Shown here: positions 8,566-18,853 of the stretch, one piece after another | How positions within the stretch are numbered: the stretch's first letter is position 1 | Layout: each line of letters begins with the position of its first letter | From: Candidatus Nanohalarchaeota archaeon | GTDB taxonomy: Archaea > Nanohalarchaeota > Nanosalinia > Nanosalinales > Nanosalinaceae | Assembly (NCBI GenBank): GCA_022729235.1 | Contig: JALDAJ010000001.1 | Coordinates: forward strand, 896,001 to 960,000 | Reading direction: 5' to 3' | DNA: 64,000 nucleotides | Translations under genes and position numbers: made by a program | Notes under the pieces: model-generated | Databases searched by the model: none | What the model saw: only the letters and a program-made list of their open reading frames with translations | Told to the model about the DNA's origin: nothing

Positions 8566-11493
8566 CTAACATTTTGAATAGCCACAACCTGGACACTTCT
8601 TGCAGCCTTCGATGATGGCGAGCATGCCTCCGCAGTCCGGGCATTCTGGTGTTGTGCCGTCTTTGACGAGTTCGGCGGCGTCTGCCTGTTGCTCTACTTC
8701 TGTCTTGCCGGCGTTCTGTGTCTTGGTGTCGTCTTCTTGTTCGAACTCGTCCACTGTCTGCTGTGGTGCGTTTCCGCCTTCGAGGTGGCGTTTGAATGCT
8801 TCGGCGATGGCGTCGGGGACTGAGTGGATCTGTGTTCCCTGGTCCCAGGCAATCTGTGGTGAGCGGATATCGTCCAGTTGCTTAATGACTTCTTCCGCTG
8901 ATGCTCCGCTTCTCAGTGCGAGCGAGGTCATGCGTCCTAGTGCCTGTGTGAAGCTCTGGGTGTATCCTCCGCTCTTGCCAAGGTTTGCGAATACTTCGAA
9001 CGGTCCGTAGCCTTCGGCGTCGTTGATGGTGACGAATAGGTCGCCGTAGGCGGTCTCTATTTCCTGTGTGGTGCCGGAGACCTGTTTCGGTCGTTCCTTG
9101 ACTCCGCGGTCCTGTCCCATGGAGGTGTGTCCGCCGTTGCCTTCTGTGTCGGCTTCTACTCCTTCCTGTGTTATCTCCTGGTCAAGCCCTTCTTCCCTGA
9201 CTTCGAGGTCTGTCTGTGATGCGACTTCTTCGAACTCGTTGCTCTGCAGTAGGGATTCTGCTCCGCCGAATTCTTCGACGATTTCGTGGAGCATGTCGAC
9301 CTTGTCCATGTCGGTGAGCTGGTTGTCAGCGTTCTGTTTCATGACTTCTGTCTCGCGTGTTCCATCTCTGTACACGGTCATGCCTTTGATTCCCTTGTCG
9401 TACGCCCTCATGTATGCGTCGCGTACATCCTGTTTGGATGCGTCGTTTGGGAAGTTGCAGGTCTTGCTGATGCCGGAGTGGTTGTGCTCCTGGAATGCTG
9501 CCTGGATGTCGACGTGTTCCTCTGGTTTGACTCTATCAGAGGTGACGAAGAGTTCCTTCATCGCTGGCGGTAGGACGTCGTTGCTTAACGAGTCGACTCC
9601 TTCCCATTCGTTGTTCCGCATCTTCTCCTCTACTTCTTCACGTACCTGGTCGACGTCGATGCCGTTGGCTTCCAGCGCTTTGATGAAGTAGTCGTCGAAC
9701 TCGACGAGCATGTCCTCGCCCTGGATGTCCTTGGCGACGTTCTTAAAGTAGGCGACCTGGAAGATCGGTTCGCATCCTCCTGAGGTGTTGCCTATCATGC
9801 TCGTGGTCCCGGTGGGTGCGATGGTAACCGTGTTGTGGTTTCTCATCTCCAGTCCGTCTTCGAAATCTTCAGCGTCGTATCCGCCGCTCATCTTGTGGAA
9901 CCATTCCTCATACTCGGTTGGTTCAGCCCACTTGGATTTCTCCCATTCTCCGAACGTTCCTCTCACGTCCGCGAGCCTGTGGCTTTCCTCGACGGAGAAC
10001 CTTGTGATTAGTCTCTGGATTTCTTTTGCGGCTGCCTGTGATTCTTCAGAGCCGTACCGGATTCCGAGCTGGACAAGCATCTGTGCGAATCCCATGAGTC
10101 CTAACCCGACTTTTCTCATCTCACTGACTTTTTCCTCGATTTCTTCGAGAGGGAAGTCGCTCATCGTCACGACGTTGTCGAGGAACCGTGTCCCGATTTT
10201 TGCGATTCTTTCGAGTTCGTCAACCTTCATGGCTTCCTGGACGTACTCCTGCATCGCGATGTCGAGTTCTTCCTCGTCGCTGTACTCGATGTCGTGTTCA
10301 GCGCACCATTCGTGGAAGTTGAGTCCCATGCCGTCGCCCTGGTCCTCTACCAGTAGCGAGAGGTTGATGTGTCCGAGGTTGCATGCCTCGTAGTTTTCAA
10401 GCGGTTGCTCCGCACAAGGGTTAGTTGCTTCCATGCGGTGTTCCGGGTGTTTTTCGACGTCGAATGAGTGCTTGTCGTTCGCCTCGTCGTAGACGTAGAA
10501 TCCTGGTTCTCCGTTTCTCCAGGCACCGTCGACCAGGGTCTCCCAGATGAACCTTGCCGGGAGCGTCATCTCTTCGCCCGGTTCGAGTTCTATGTCGAAC
10601 TCTTCGATTTCTTCGCCGAAAGTCTGCGCGAAGTCTCTCCAGAAGTTGTCATCCTTGCCCTGGTCGCTTCCGGATGCTTCAGGGTACCAGTCTTCGTCGC
10701 TGTTGTAGAACTCCGCGGTCTTTTCAGTTACGGTGTGTGGTTCGTTGTCGGAAGGATTGACAAGTGTGTATTCTTCATCGTTCTTCACCGCCTCCATGAA
10801 GTCGTGTGTTAAGCCAACTGAAATGTTGAAGTTGGATAGGTTGCCTTCCTTTCTCTTCGAGGTTATGAACCGGAGTACGTCAGGGTGATCGATGCGCATG
10901 ATTCCCATCTGTGCGCCCCTTCTTTTTCCGCCCTGTTTGATTGTTCCGCACATGGTGTCGAAGACCTGCTGGAAAGTCATCGGTCCGGAGGCGATTCCTC
11001 CTGTCGATGAAACGGCGTCTCCTTTAGGTCGTAGCAGGTGGAATGGGTATCCTACGCCTCCTCCTGTCTGGAAGATGTTCGCCGCGTCGTGTACCGCTCC
11101 GAAGATCGAGTCCATGTCGTCCTCCGGGTGTACCACGAAGCACGCGCTCAACTGCTGGAGTTCTGCTCCCGCGTTCATCAGTGTCGGCGAGTTAGGCATG
11201 AACTTCAGGTTGGTCATCAGTTCGTAGAACTGTTTCCACGACTTCTCATAGTCTACGTCATCGTATTCTTTATCCGGCTGCGCCACATTCTTTGCTACAC
11301 GTTCGAACATCTCCTCCGGAGTCTCCGTCAAGTTGCCGTCCCTGTCTTTGAGGAGGTATCGTGCGGGCAGTATCCGTTCGTACGCGTTCTCCGTCAGTCG
11401 TTCTTCTACTGTGTCACCTGTCACACGTTTGACAGGTAGCTGGAATTCAGATTTTGAGGAAACATCGTTGGTTTCGGTAACAGTGTCAGTCAT
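8566..11493 (-). CDS. nrdJ: Class II adenosylcobalamin-dependent ribonucleotide reductase with C-terminal TSCPD/Zn-ribbon
   Basis: [31 protein letters not shown] and C-terminal [15 protein letters not shown]. Confidence 0.96.
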   Translation of the reverse strand: MTDTVTETNDVSSKSEFQLPVKRVTGDTVEERLTENAYERILPARYLLKDRDGNLTETPEEMFERVAKNVAQPDKEYDDVDYEKSWKQFYELMTNLKFMPNSPTLMNAGAELQQLSACFVVHPEDDMDSIFGAVHDAANIFQTGGGVGYPFHLLRPKGDAVSSTGGIASGPMTFQQVFDTMCGTIKQGGKRRGAQMGIMRIDHPDVLRFITSKRKEGNLSNFNISVGLTHDFMEAVKNDEEYTLVNPSDNEPHTVTEKTAEFYNSDEDWYPEASGSDQGKDDNFWRDFAQTFGEEIEEFDIELEPGEEMTLPARFIWETLVDGAWRNGEPGFYVYDEANDKHSFDVEKHPEHRMEATNPCAEQPLENYEACNLGHINLSLLVEDQGDGMGLNFHEWCAEHDIEYSDEEELDIAMQEYVQEAMKVDELERIAKIGTRFLDNVVTMSDFPLEEIEEKVSEMRKVGLGLMGFAQMLVQLGIRYGSEESQAAAKEIQRLITRFSVEESHRLADVRGTFGEWEKSKWAEPTEYEEWFHKMSGGYDAEDFEDGLEMRNHNTVTIAPTGTTSMIGNTSGGCEPIFQVAYFKNVAKDIQGEDMLVEFDDYFIKALEANGIDVDQVREEVEEKMRNNEWEGVDSLSNDVLPPAMKELFVTSDRVKPEEHVDIQAAFQEHNHSGISKTCNFPNDASKQDVRDAYMRAYDKGIKGMTVYRDGTRETEVMKQNADNQLTDMDKVDMLHEIVEEFGGAESLLQSNEFEEVASQTDLEVREEGLDQEITQEGVEADTEGNGGHTSMGQDRGVKERPKQVSGTTQEIETAYGDLFVTINDAEGYGPFEVFANLGKSGGYTQSFTQALGRMTSLALRSGASAEEVIKQLDDIRSPQIAWDQGTQIHSVPDAIAEAFKRHLEGGNAPQQTVDEFEQEDDTKTQNAGKTEVEQQADAAELVKDGTTPECPDCGGMLAIIEGCKKCPGCGYSKC

Positions 11494-11569
11494 TTGTGGT
11501 AATCCCCCATTGAGTATGATTCGAAAGTTGATGTGTTGGAACTTTGATGTGAATTATGAGTTGTGATTA

Positions 11570-12010
11570 TCATTTTTCTTGTAACGCCTCGACTTCTTCC
11601 TGGAATGATTCAGCGTTTTCGAACGAGTCGTATACGGATGCGAACCTGATATAGGCGACCTCGTTCCGCCTCTTTAATTCCTGCTTCACGAGTTCTCCTA
11701 TCTCCTCCGTGGTGACTTCTTTCCGATCCATTACCTGTCTTTTAACATCCTCGACTGTTGACTCGATGTCGTCTTCTTCAAGAGGAGTTTTTTCGGCAGC
11801 CTTCTCGATACCGTCTCGTATTTTCTCTTCATCGAACTCCATGATGTCACCGGAGCGCTTTGTTACCTGGATGTCGTATTTCTCCACGGTTTCGTAAGTA
11901 GTGAACCGTCTATCGCAGTCACTGCATTCACGTCTCCTCCTGATTCTTTCACTGGATTCCCGTGTGTCAACGACGTTGGTCGAGCATTTTCCACAGTATG
12001 GGCATTTCAT
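11570..12010 (-). CDS. nrdR: Transcriptional repressor NrdR
   Basis: MKCPYC..VVDTR..IRRRREC..C..RFTTYE, ATP cone, VAYIRFASVY. Confidence 0.96.
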   Translation of the reverse strand: MKCPYCGKCSTNVVDTRESSERIRRRRECSDCDRRFTTYETVEKYDIQVTKRSGDIMEFDEEKIRDGIEKAAEKTPLEEDDIESTVEDVKRQVMDRKEVTTEEIGELVKQELKRRNEVAYIRFASVYDSFENAESFQEEVEALQEK

Positions 12011-12054
12011 GCGATATACTTACCTCTAGCTGCTTATACGGACTTATGCACCAT

Positions 12055-12103
12055 CCACTACATGTTGGGGAGAATCTATCCCCTTCCCCCGCATATGTCG
12101 TGC
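12055..12103. promoter_or_regulatory. Tandem NrdR boxes
   Basis: ccaCTAcATgTTGggg (12055-12070) and cccgcAtATgTcGtgc (12088-12103) vs consensus acaCwAtATaTwGtgt; starts 33 bp apart, upstream of nrdR-nrdJ. Confidence 0.7.
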
Positions 12104-12269
12104 TTTCGCAATCCGAGTTTTGTCTCTGGTACTTATAAACTCTGCCATGTTGAAATCGCGTGAACTGTGTAATCAAGAAGAACATATTCGATACTCAATT
12201 TATGTTGTAACTTCTAGATAACAACACTTATTTAAAGAGGCATGAGTAATGTTACTTTAAGGTGACAAA

Positions 12270-12404
12270 ATGGGATACGGACTAGGTGCAGACACGGCTC
12301 AAGATGTACTCAATCAGACTGCGGAAGCTTCCAGTACTATAGACGATACAGTCTATACGCTTGAGGAGAAGTGTTTTGATCCAGAAGACATGTTAGGGGA
12401 GTAA
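12270..12404 (+). CDS. Small acidic protein (44 aa), not in the ORF track
   Basis: TATTTAAA box, SD AGGTGA, MGYGLGADTAQDVLNQTAEASSTIDDTVYTLEEKCFDPEDMLGE, pyrimidine-rich tract after the stop. Confidence 0.5.
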   Translation: MGYGLGADTAQDVLNQTAEASSTIDDTVYTLEEKCFDPEDMLGE

Positions 12405-12459
12405 GTCTCTCCTTTTTCTCTCCTTCTTATTTTTCAAACTTGGCTATAAGTGATAATAT

Positions 12460-14259
12460 ATGACAGACGAAATCGTACCCGATACATCGATACTTATCGA
12501 CGGTAAGCTTTCCGGGCTCGCGGAAGATGGCGAGCTGGATGGAGCTGTAGTGATACCTGAGTTTGTTGTCGATGAGTTAGAGAACCAGGCGAACCGCGGA
12601 CTCGAGGTAGGTTACGCAGGGATAGAGGAGATCAAGAGGATACGAGAGCTTGCGGAGGAGAAAGGTTTTGACCTATCCTTCACCGGTAGACGTCCGACAC
12701 AGGAGGAGATAGATCTGGCGTCCAGTGGTAGAATCGATGCGTTGATAAGAGATATAGCCGAGGAAAGAGACGCCACTCTTTACACAGGCGACATCGTCCA
12801 GGGGAAGATGGCTGAGGCGAAGGGTATCGAGGTAAGAGTATTTGAGAAGGAGCGGGTTGAGAGGTTTCCGCTTGAAGACTACTTTGACGAAGAGACTATG
12901 TCTGTTCACCTGAAGCAGGGAAGCGTCCCAAAAGCTAAGAGAGGACTGCCCGGGGAGTTCGGGCTTGAAGACATCGGCGACGAGGAGATGACAAGGGACG
13001 ATATAGAGAGGATAATACAAGATACTATAGAAACCGCGGAGACCTCGGATGAGGGACTTATCGAGCTTGAGAAAGAAGGTGCCACAGTAATCCAGCTGGG
13101 GCGTTACAGGATAGCTATCTCGCGTCCTCCTTTCTCCGAGGCGCCGGAAGTTACCGCGGTGCGCCCGGTCGCGAAGGTAGGGCTAGAGGACTACGACCTG
13201 TCAGACAAGCTCCTTAACAGGCTGGAAGAGACTGCGGAAGGGATACTCATCTCTGGTGCGCCAGGACACGGTAAATCTACGTTCGCACAGGCGCTGGTCG
13301 AGTACTACGAGGATCAGGGCAATATCATGAAGACAATGGAGAAACCCCGCGACCTGGATGTCGGACCTGACATCACCCAGTACGCGGCGCTTGAGGATGA
13401 GATGGAGAACACTGGCGACTTCCTCCTGCTTGTCAGACCTGACTACACTGTTTACGATGAGGTCAGAAAAACCAGTGACTTCGAAGTCTACAGCGACATG
13501 AGGATGGCAGGAGTCGGGATGATCGGAGTGGTCCACGCATCAGAAGCTGTCGATGCCGTCCAGCGTTTAATCGGTCGTGTTGAGATGGGAATGATACCGC
13601 AGATAGTTGATACAGTAATCCACATCGAGAACGCATCGGTCGCGAAGGTCTACAAACTGGAGCTGACTGTCAAGGTTCCGGAGGGTATGACAGAAGCAGA
13701 TCTTGCCCGACCAGTTGTGCTCATCAGCGACCTCGGAACGGGTGAACCAGAGTACGAAATATACACTTACGGAGAGGAGACAGTCGTCCTCCCCATCGAC
13801 GGCGACAGAGAAATCTCCGGCACGCAAAAACTGGCTCAGGATCAGCTTGAACACGTTTTACAGGCGAGAGGTATCGACGATGCACGCATCGAGTTCATCT
13901 CCGACGACCATATCAGACTTCTAGTGGACGAGGAAGAAATCCCTCACATTATAGGACACGGCGGGGAAAACATCGACCAGCTAGAGGAAGAACTCGGACT
14001 CAGTATAACAGTCGAGCCACGGACAGGTACCCTGAAGAGCGAAGTCAGCGGTTACGGCGTTGAGGAACGCGGTAACTCGGTGATAATCAGTGTTGGAGAG
14101 GACATGTCCGGGAAAGAGGTCGATGTCTACGACGGCGACGAATTCCTGTTAACCGCGACCGTTGGAAAGACTGGTGAAGTGTCTGTCACCAAGCAGAGCG
14201 ATCTTGCGTCCAGAATTCTTGGGGCGTCAGAGAGCGGGAAGCTGGAAGTAAGGGTCTAA
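12460..14259 (+). CDS. PINc/VapC-family ATPase with KH domain (PINA-like)
   Basis: N-terminal PIN (VPDTS..VVDELE), Walker A GAPGHGKST, YDEVR, KH motif IIGHGGENI. Confidence 0.92.
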   Translation: MTDEIVPDTSILIDGKLSGLAEDGELDGAVVIPEFVVDELENQANRGLEVGYAGIEEIKRIRELAEEKGFDLSFTGRRPTQEEIDLASSGRIDALIRDIAEERDATLYTGDIVQGKMAEAKGIEVRVFEKERVERFPLEDYFDEETMSVHLKQGSVPKAKRGLPGEFGLEDIGDEEMTRDDIERIIQDTIETAETSDEGLIELEKEGATVIQLGRYRIAISRPPFSEAPEVTAVRPVAKVGLEDYDLSDKLLNRLEETAEGILISGAPGHGKSTFAQALVEYYEDQGNIMKTMEKPRDLDVGPDITQYAALEDEMENTGDFLLLVRPDYTVYDEVRKTSDFEVYSDMRMAGVGMIGVVHASEAVDAVQRLIGRVEMGMIPQIVDTVIHIENASVAKVYKLELTVKVPEGMTEADLARPVVLISDLGTGEPEYEIYTYGEETVVLPIDGDREISGTQKLAQDQLEHVLQARGIDDARIEFISDDHIRLLVDEEEIPHIIGHGGENIDQLEEELGLSITVEPRTGTLKSEVSGYGVEERGNSVIISVGEDMSGKEVDVYDGDEFLLTATVGKTGEVSVTKQSDLASRILGASESGKLEVRV

Positions 14260-15017
14260 GATAGTTTAGCAAGATCGACTTCGTCGGAAATACAGTATGA
14301 GTTATGTCCGCCGCGACCATCTTTCTTGAGCATACCTGCTTGTGTTAAGTCATCAAGCTTGTCCAACGCTCCAGAGTTAGTTTGATTCAGGTAGTCGGCG
14401 ACATCGCTAGTATGTGCTTCTCCTCCCTGCTGCTGGATGTAATCCATAATGTCTCCACCATATGGTATTTCTCTTGCGAAAAACTGCTCAGGTCTCTCCA
14501 CGAGTTGAATCAATTCCCTCTCTGATAAGTAAAGGGTTTTACTTCCGTGGACATCGATAAATTCCAGGAGTTCTTGAGTTTCCGGGACGCATCTTAATAT
14601 TCCGTGTCCACAGTACTCTATCTTTTCCACCTCCTCAGGCAAGCGCTGGGCGAGAAGATTTGAAGCTCTTCTCGAGTGACCGTCAGCCCTGATACCGAAT
14701 TCGATGTAAGGTCGGTCAGTTATGAAGTCAAGATCCTCTACGGTTATCTCGGCAGAGTAAGTCACTTTTCCCGAGTTATTCCTGCCAAAAAAGTTATCAG
14801 GAAACTCGGCAGTATACTCGATGTAGTCTTCTCCTCTAGACGTTACTTGAGGTCCAAATTCATCAAAGTCTCCCATATTGCCACGGAGCTCTTTCTCAGC
14901 GAGTTCCGTTAAGTTCTCCCAGGCAGGAGGTAAAAGTTCACGAGTGAAATCCTGCCAGGGGGCAATCCTGATTATATCCTTGGAGATACGCTCCTTCAAG
15001 ACTTCAAACCGGGGCAT
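14256..15017 (-). CDS. Hypothetical protein with C-terminal wHTH
   Basis: TSDVADYL..GALDKLDDL..AGMLKK C-terminal helix-turn-helix. Confidence 0.6.
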   Translation of the reverse strand: MPRFEVLKERISKDIIRIAPWQDFTRELLPPAWENLTELAEKELRGNMGDFDEFGPQVTSRGEDYIEYTAEFPDNFFGRNNSGKVTYSAEITVEDLDFITDRPYIEFGIRADGHSRRASNLLAQRLPEEVEKIEYCGHGILRCVPETQELLEFIDVHGSKTLYLSERELIQLVERPEQFFAREIPYGGDIMDYIQQQGGEAHTSDVADYLNQTNSGALDKLDDLTQAGMLKKDGRGGHNSYCISDEVDLAKLS

Positions 15018-15058
15018 AAGACAAGATATAAAGCCAAGAATTATTAGATTTTCTAGAT

Positions 15059-16219
15059 GTGAGACAGCTCCAGGTAACGGTTCCGAAAAAGTTCAAGAGT
15101 GATACGGAGGATATCCTCGAAGGATACTCCAGCGACATCTCTTCGAGTGAGGTGGAGAAGGATGATAGAAAGGCCGTTGAGTTCACTGTTTCTGTTGAGT
15201 CGGAGGATATAGATGAACTAACTGAAGAACTGAAGGATATCGAGGACCTGGAGTCCGGTGAGCTTTCTATCCGTGTCCAGGAGCAGGAGTCTCTTATCAA
15301 GAAAGGTCAGAAGACCAAGGGCTCGGGTTCTGCATTGTCACAGGAGGAGCTTTACTCTAAGGCGCAGGAGGCAGCCGTGTTCAACAACGCACAGTGGGGA
15401 CTGATAGCAGTTGCTTCTGCTATCGCCGCGTATGGCTTGGCTCTGGATAATGTTATTGTTGTAGTCGGTGCGATGATGCTTGCGCCGATACTTGCCCCGC
15501 TGGTTTCCAACACGATTTCTCTCGTAGTTGGAGACCGGTCATTGATGAAAGACTCTCTTTTCTCGGGAGGTATAAGTGTTCTCGTGGTGATAGCGGTATC
15601 ATTTATCGCTGTAACCCCGTTCCCTGTAGGTATGAACTCCACGCTGGAGATGGTCGTGTCTTCGAGTGTTCTTGGAGTCCTGCTATCGCTCCTGGTCGGT
15701 TCCGCCGCAGCATTATCGTTTGCAACAGGATATAGAGACCAGATAGCTGGAGTTGCAGTGGCTATCGCGATTGTTCCTCCGCTTGCCGCGGTCGGTATAG
15801 GGCTTAACATGCAAAATTTCCTGCTCTCTGTCCAGGCAGCTACCGTGGCATCGATGAATATCCTTGCGGTTCTGGTTTCAGGATTCCTGACATTCAAAAT
15901 CCTTGGTCTTAAGCCTTCAACTTACTACCGACAGGAGCAGGCTGAAAAGATGAAATACGTGGTTCCAGCGGCGTTAATCCTTTTTGGACTGCTCGCCGCT
16001 CCATTAATATATTCTTCATACAACAGCTACCAGGAGCATGTTTCCCAGCAGGAGGTAAGGGATGTGGCAGAAGACTTTTTCGGGGAAGACCTGCTGGAAG
16101 TAAGAGTTGATGGTTCATCGATGACTATCATCGTCATGGGGGAACAAGACACTGAGAAGTTCAGAACGCAGTTATCAGCGGAACAAGAAGTAGAAATCCG
16201 GCAACTCAGTACCGAGTAG
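15059..16219 (+). CDS. DUF389/TIGR00341-family membrane protein
   Basis: VVVGAMMLAPIL and GVAVAIAIVPPLA motifs. Confidence 0.88.
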   Translation: MRQLQVTVPKKFKSDTEDILEGYSSDISSSEVEKDDRKAVEFTVSVESEDIDELTEELKDIEDLESGELSIRVQEQESLIKKGQKTKGSGSALSQEELYSKAQEAAVFNNAQWGLIAVASAIAAYGLALDNVIVVVGAMMLAPILAPLVSNTISLVVGDRSLMKDSLFSGGISVLVVIAVSFIAVTPFPVGMNSTLEMVVSSSVLGVLLSLLVGSAAALSFATGYRDQIAGVAVAIAIVPPLAAVGIGLNMQNFLLSVQAATVASMNILAVLVSGFLTFKILGLKPSTYYRQEQAEKMKYVVPAALILFGLLAAPLIYSSYNSYQEHVSQQEVRDVAEDFFGEDLLEVRVDGSSMTIIVMGEQDTEKFRTQLSAEQEVEIRQLSTE

Positions 16220-16250
16220 TTATTTAAAAAAGCATCGGGAACGCTTTAGT

Positions 16251-16610
16251 ATGACTATGGGAGAGCTTATCCTCGCAGTTAACACGGCGGGGACTTTGGC
16301 TATCGGAGCTATCTGTTTCTTCATAGTCTACACCACCTTCAAGGGTATAGAAGACAGCAAGATACAGGAGTTCTCCCGGCGTTTCATGATGGCTATCGCC
16401 GTTTTAATCCTGTACGTGTCGTATCTAATGACATACGAGGCATTCTTCCCTGACTCCACAATCGCGCAGTACCCGCTCTACATCATACTGATTTTCGTCT
16501 TTATCTACATGATATACGCGGCGATAGCGTTTGAGAAAGTCGCGGAGTCATACGGTATCTCCCAGGATGCCAAGCTTGAGAAGATGGAGCAAGAAGAGAT
16601 AGGTAAATAA
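16251..16610 (+). CDS. Membrane protein (3 TM)
   Basis: Three hydrophobic helices. Confidence 0.7.
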   Translation: MTMGELILAVNTAGTLAIGAICFFIVYTTFKGIEDSKIQEFSRRFMMAIAVLILYVSYLMTYEAFFPDSTIAQYPLYIILIFVFIYMIYAAIAFEKVAESYGISQDAKLEKMEQEEIGK

Positions 16611-16701
16611 GTTCAAAGGATATATTCCGCCATCTAAGAAGCTTCCCAGCCATCCTTACCTCTTCATATAGAGAGTAAAATTTAGTGGAAAGAGGAGTTT
16701 T

Positions 16702-17871
16702 TCAGCGGTGCTCTGTGCGTTTCTCGTGCTCCTTCCTGATGATGGTGTTGAGCTGGTTAAGTGCCTCATCAAGCGTGTCAAGTAACTCCCATCCTTCCTC
16801 ATCAACCGAGGTAACACCGTACTCGCTTACGAGCTGCATCTCAAGTTCCCAGCGGTGTTTCTTGCCATCTTTCTCCTTCTTCCTGACCCGGAGCTTGAGC
16901 TCTTCAGGTCTCTTCAGTTTTCTTCCTAGCGACCCTCTCAGCTGGTTTCTTATCTTGTTATGAAGCGCGGCTTTCTCTTCTGGCAGGTCTACCCCTGTCA
17001 GCTGGACAAGTATCGTCTGCTGTTCCGCAAGTTCTGCGAGGTGGTCAACAAGGTCTTTCAATGTGATTATTTCCTCTGGGTACCCGTCTTCGACAAAGAT
17101 TATCTCATCCTCGTCCTCTTCCTGCATCTTCTGGATAGCTTCCGTCCCAGTCATGTGCTCCTCGCTCGTGGAAACGCTGTTCTGCATCAGTTGATCGACC
17201 GTTATCTCGGACATCTTGTCCTTTTCCTTCCCGCCTGCGATGTTCACTTCTTCCGTACCTTCTCTCCTTCCTGAGGTCCCGCCAGCAGACTGGCGCTCTC
17301 TCTTGATCATCATCCTGAGAACGTCAACACTGTCGAGCTTCCCTGTTAACTCTCCATCATCAATAACGGGTAGACGGGAGATATTGTTGTCAAGCATGGC
17401 GTGTCGTGCCTGGTCAATAAGATCATCTTCTTCGACCATGACAACGTTGAAGTTTGCGAACCTGCTGGTGGAGACATCTCCTAGTTCTTCAACTTCTCCA
17501 AGGATTTCAAGAAACTCCTGGTCGCCGATGACCCCGGCAAGTTTGTCGCCGTTGAGTGAGACCAGCATCTTCCGGCCCGAGTTAATCCTCAGGTCTGAAA
17601 GCTCAACCAGGTTATCCCCGGTCTCGAACTCCGGCGGCTGGTGCATCATCTTTTCCGGCGCGGTTATCTCGGGGTTGAACTGTACAAATCTTACAAGCTC
17701 CCGGTAACCTACCGCGCCTGCGAAGTCTCCGTTCTCATCGACTACAGGAATAACTCTCAGCTCATGCTCCTCCATCCTGTTCTTTATCTGCGACACTGAC
17801 TCCTCAGTAGAGGCTGTCAATGGGTCGGTGTTCATGACTTCTTCTGCAGAAATCTCGAACGCGGACCTCAT
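16702..17871 (-). CDS. Tandem-CBS protein with C-terminal HPF/RaiA-like domain (candidate ribosome hibernation factor)
   Basis: Four CBS repeats; basic C-terminal domain with beta-alpha-beta-beta-beta-alpha pattern ending GWELLDTLDEALNQL. Confidence 0.75.
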   Translation of the reverse strand: MRSAFEISAEEVMNTDPLTASTEESVSQIKNRMEEHELRVIPVVDENGDFAGAVGYRELVRFVQFNPEITAPEKMMHQPPEFETGDNLVELSDLRINSGRKMLVSLNGDKLAGVIGDQEFLEILGEVEELGDVSTSRFANFNVVMVEEDDLIDQARHAMLDNNISRLPVIDDGELTGKLDSVDVLRMMIKRERQSAGGTSGRREGTEEVNIAGGKEKDKMSEITVDQLMQNSVSTSEEHMTGTEAIQKMQEEDEDEIIFVEDGYPEEIITLKDLVDHLAELAEQQTILVQLTGVDLPEEKAALHNKIRNQLRGSLGRKLKRPEELKLRVRKKEKDGKKHRWELEMQLVSEYGVTSVDEEGWELLDTLDEALNQLNTIIRKEHEKRTEHR

Positions 17872-17874
17872 ACC

Positions 17875-18384
17875 TTAATTTCCTCCGTTAACCAGGTACT
17901 TGTCGGCTTTATCATCCATGTCTATGAAATTATCCGCTGCTTCCCTTAACTCTTTGGCGCTTGACCGGCCGAAGCTCATGACTTCAACACGGCATCCGCG
18001 AGCCTTGAGGTGGTCGACAAGTGAGGCAAAATCCCCGTCACCTGTAACCAGGACCACGGTGTCAAGCTTCTGAGCCTGTTCTATCATGTCGATAGTCATT
18101 CCAAGGTCCCAGTCACCCTTCTTCTGTCCGCCGTAGAACTCCTTGAGTTCCTTGATCTTGACCTCATAACCTATCCTTCGGAGAGCTTCAAAGAAATCCT
18201 CCTCGTCAGGCGTATCAGCCTTGATAACGTAGGCACTTGCTCTTATGAGCTTGCGGTTCATCACCGCTGAGTCAAGCAGTTTTGAGAAATCTACTTTTGC
18301 ATCGTAAAGGTTTTTTGCGCTGTAGTACATGTTTTGGACGTCGACGTATACGCCGACTCTCTGATCTTTATGTATATCTGACAT
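17875..18384 (-). CDS. NYN/LabA-DUF88 family PIN-like ribonuclease
   Basis: VYVDVQN, KGDWD, VTGDGDF and ELREAADNF motifs. Confidence 0.92.
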   Translation of the reverse strand: MSDIHKDQRVGVYVDVQNMYYSAKNLYDAKVDFSKLLDSAVMNRKLIRASAYVIKADTPDEEDFFEALRRIGYEVKIKELKEFYGGQKKGDWDLGMTIDMIEQAQKLDTVVLVTGDGDFASLVDHLKARGCRVEVMSFGRSSAKELREAADNFIDMDDKADKYLVNGGN

Positions 18385-18503
18385 CTTTTTCACCAAAAGA
18401 AAAGCCGAACTGTAATCGACTTTATACATGTACGAAACCGGGGAACACACTTAAAAGCGTACCCTATCGCTCAAAGAGTTTTTAACAACTTTTATGTGGT
18501 AAA

Positions 18504-18851
18504 GTGTATATGAACGAGGATGGACTTACGCGGAGGGAAGTTTTTACTGCAATCGTCGCTCCTGTAGCCGCTATAGGCTCAGGTTGTTTAGAAGAGGAGT
18601 GGGAGGAAACAAGGCTGGAACTAGAAGAAGATAATAGTTCTCACAGTGAAACAGTTAACGATACTGAATACAATTTTACCTATAGTAACTTAGATGATTA
18701 CAGTTTAGAAATCACAGTTTATGCAAATGGAACAGAATTCTTTAATGACGAAATATTCTCTAATGAGATCATTTATCCAGGAGGTAGTGAAGAAGTACGT
18801 ATTCAGTACGATTCTGAGGACGGAGCACTGTACATAGAAACACGAAGTTGA
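18504..18851 (+). CDS. Putative Tat-type lipoprotein
   Basis: TRREV signal and GSGC lipobox-like cysteine. Confidence 0.55.
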   Translation: MYMNEDGLTRREVFTAIVAPVAAIGSGCLEEEWEETRLELEEDNSSHSETVNDTEYNFTYSNLDDYSLEITVYANGTEFFNDEIFSNEIIYPGGSEEVRIQYDSEDGALYIETRS

Positions 18852-18853
18852 AC

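Noticed and set aside
8566-11493. Intein in nrdJ
   Set aside because: No intein junction residues or LAGLIDADG motifs; extra length is acidic insertions and the TSCPD tail
8600-11566. Many long plus-strand ORFs antisense to nrdJ (and similar shadows over dapA, lysJ, lysK, lysZ, both lysS genes and CBS)
   Set aside because: Ser/Phe-rich mirror frames produced by GAA/GAC codon bias of the real acidic genes; no motifs or SD sites
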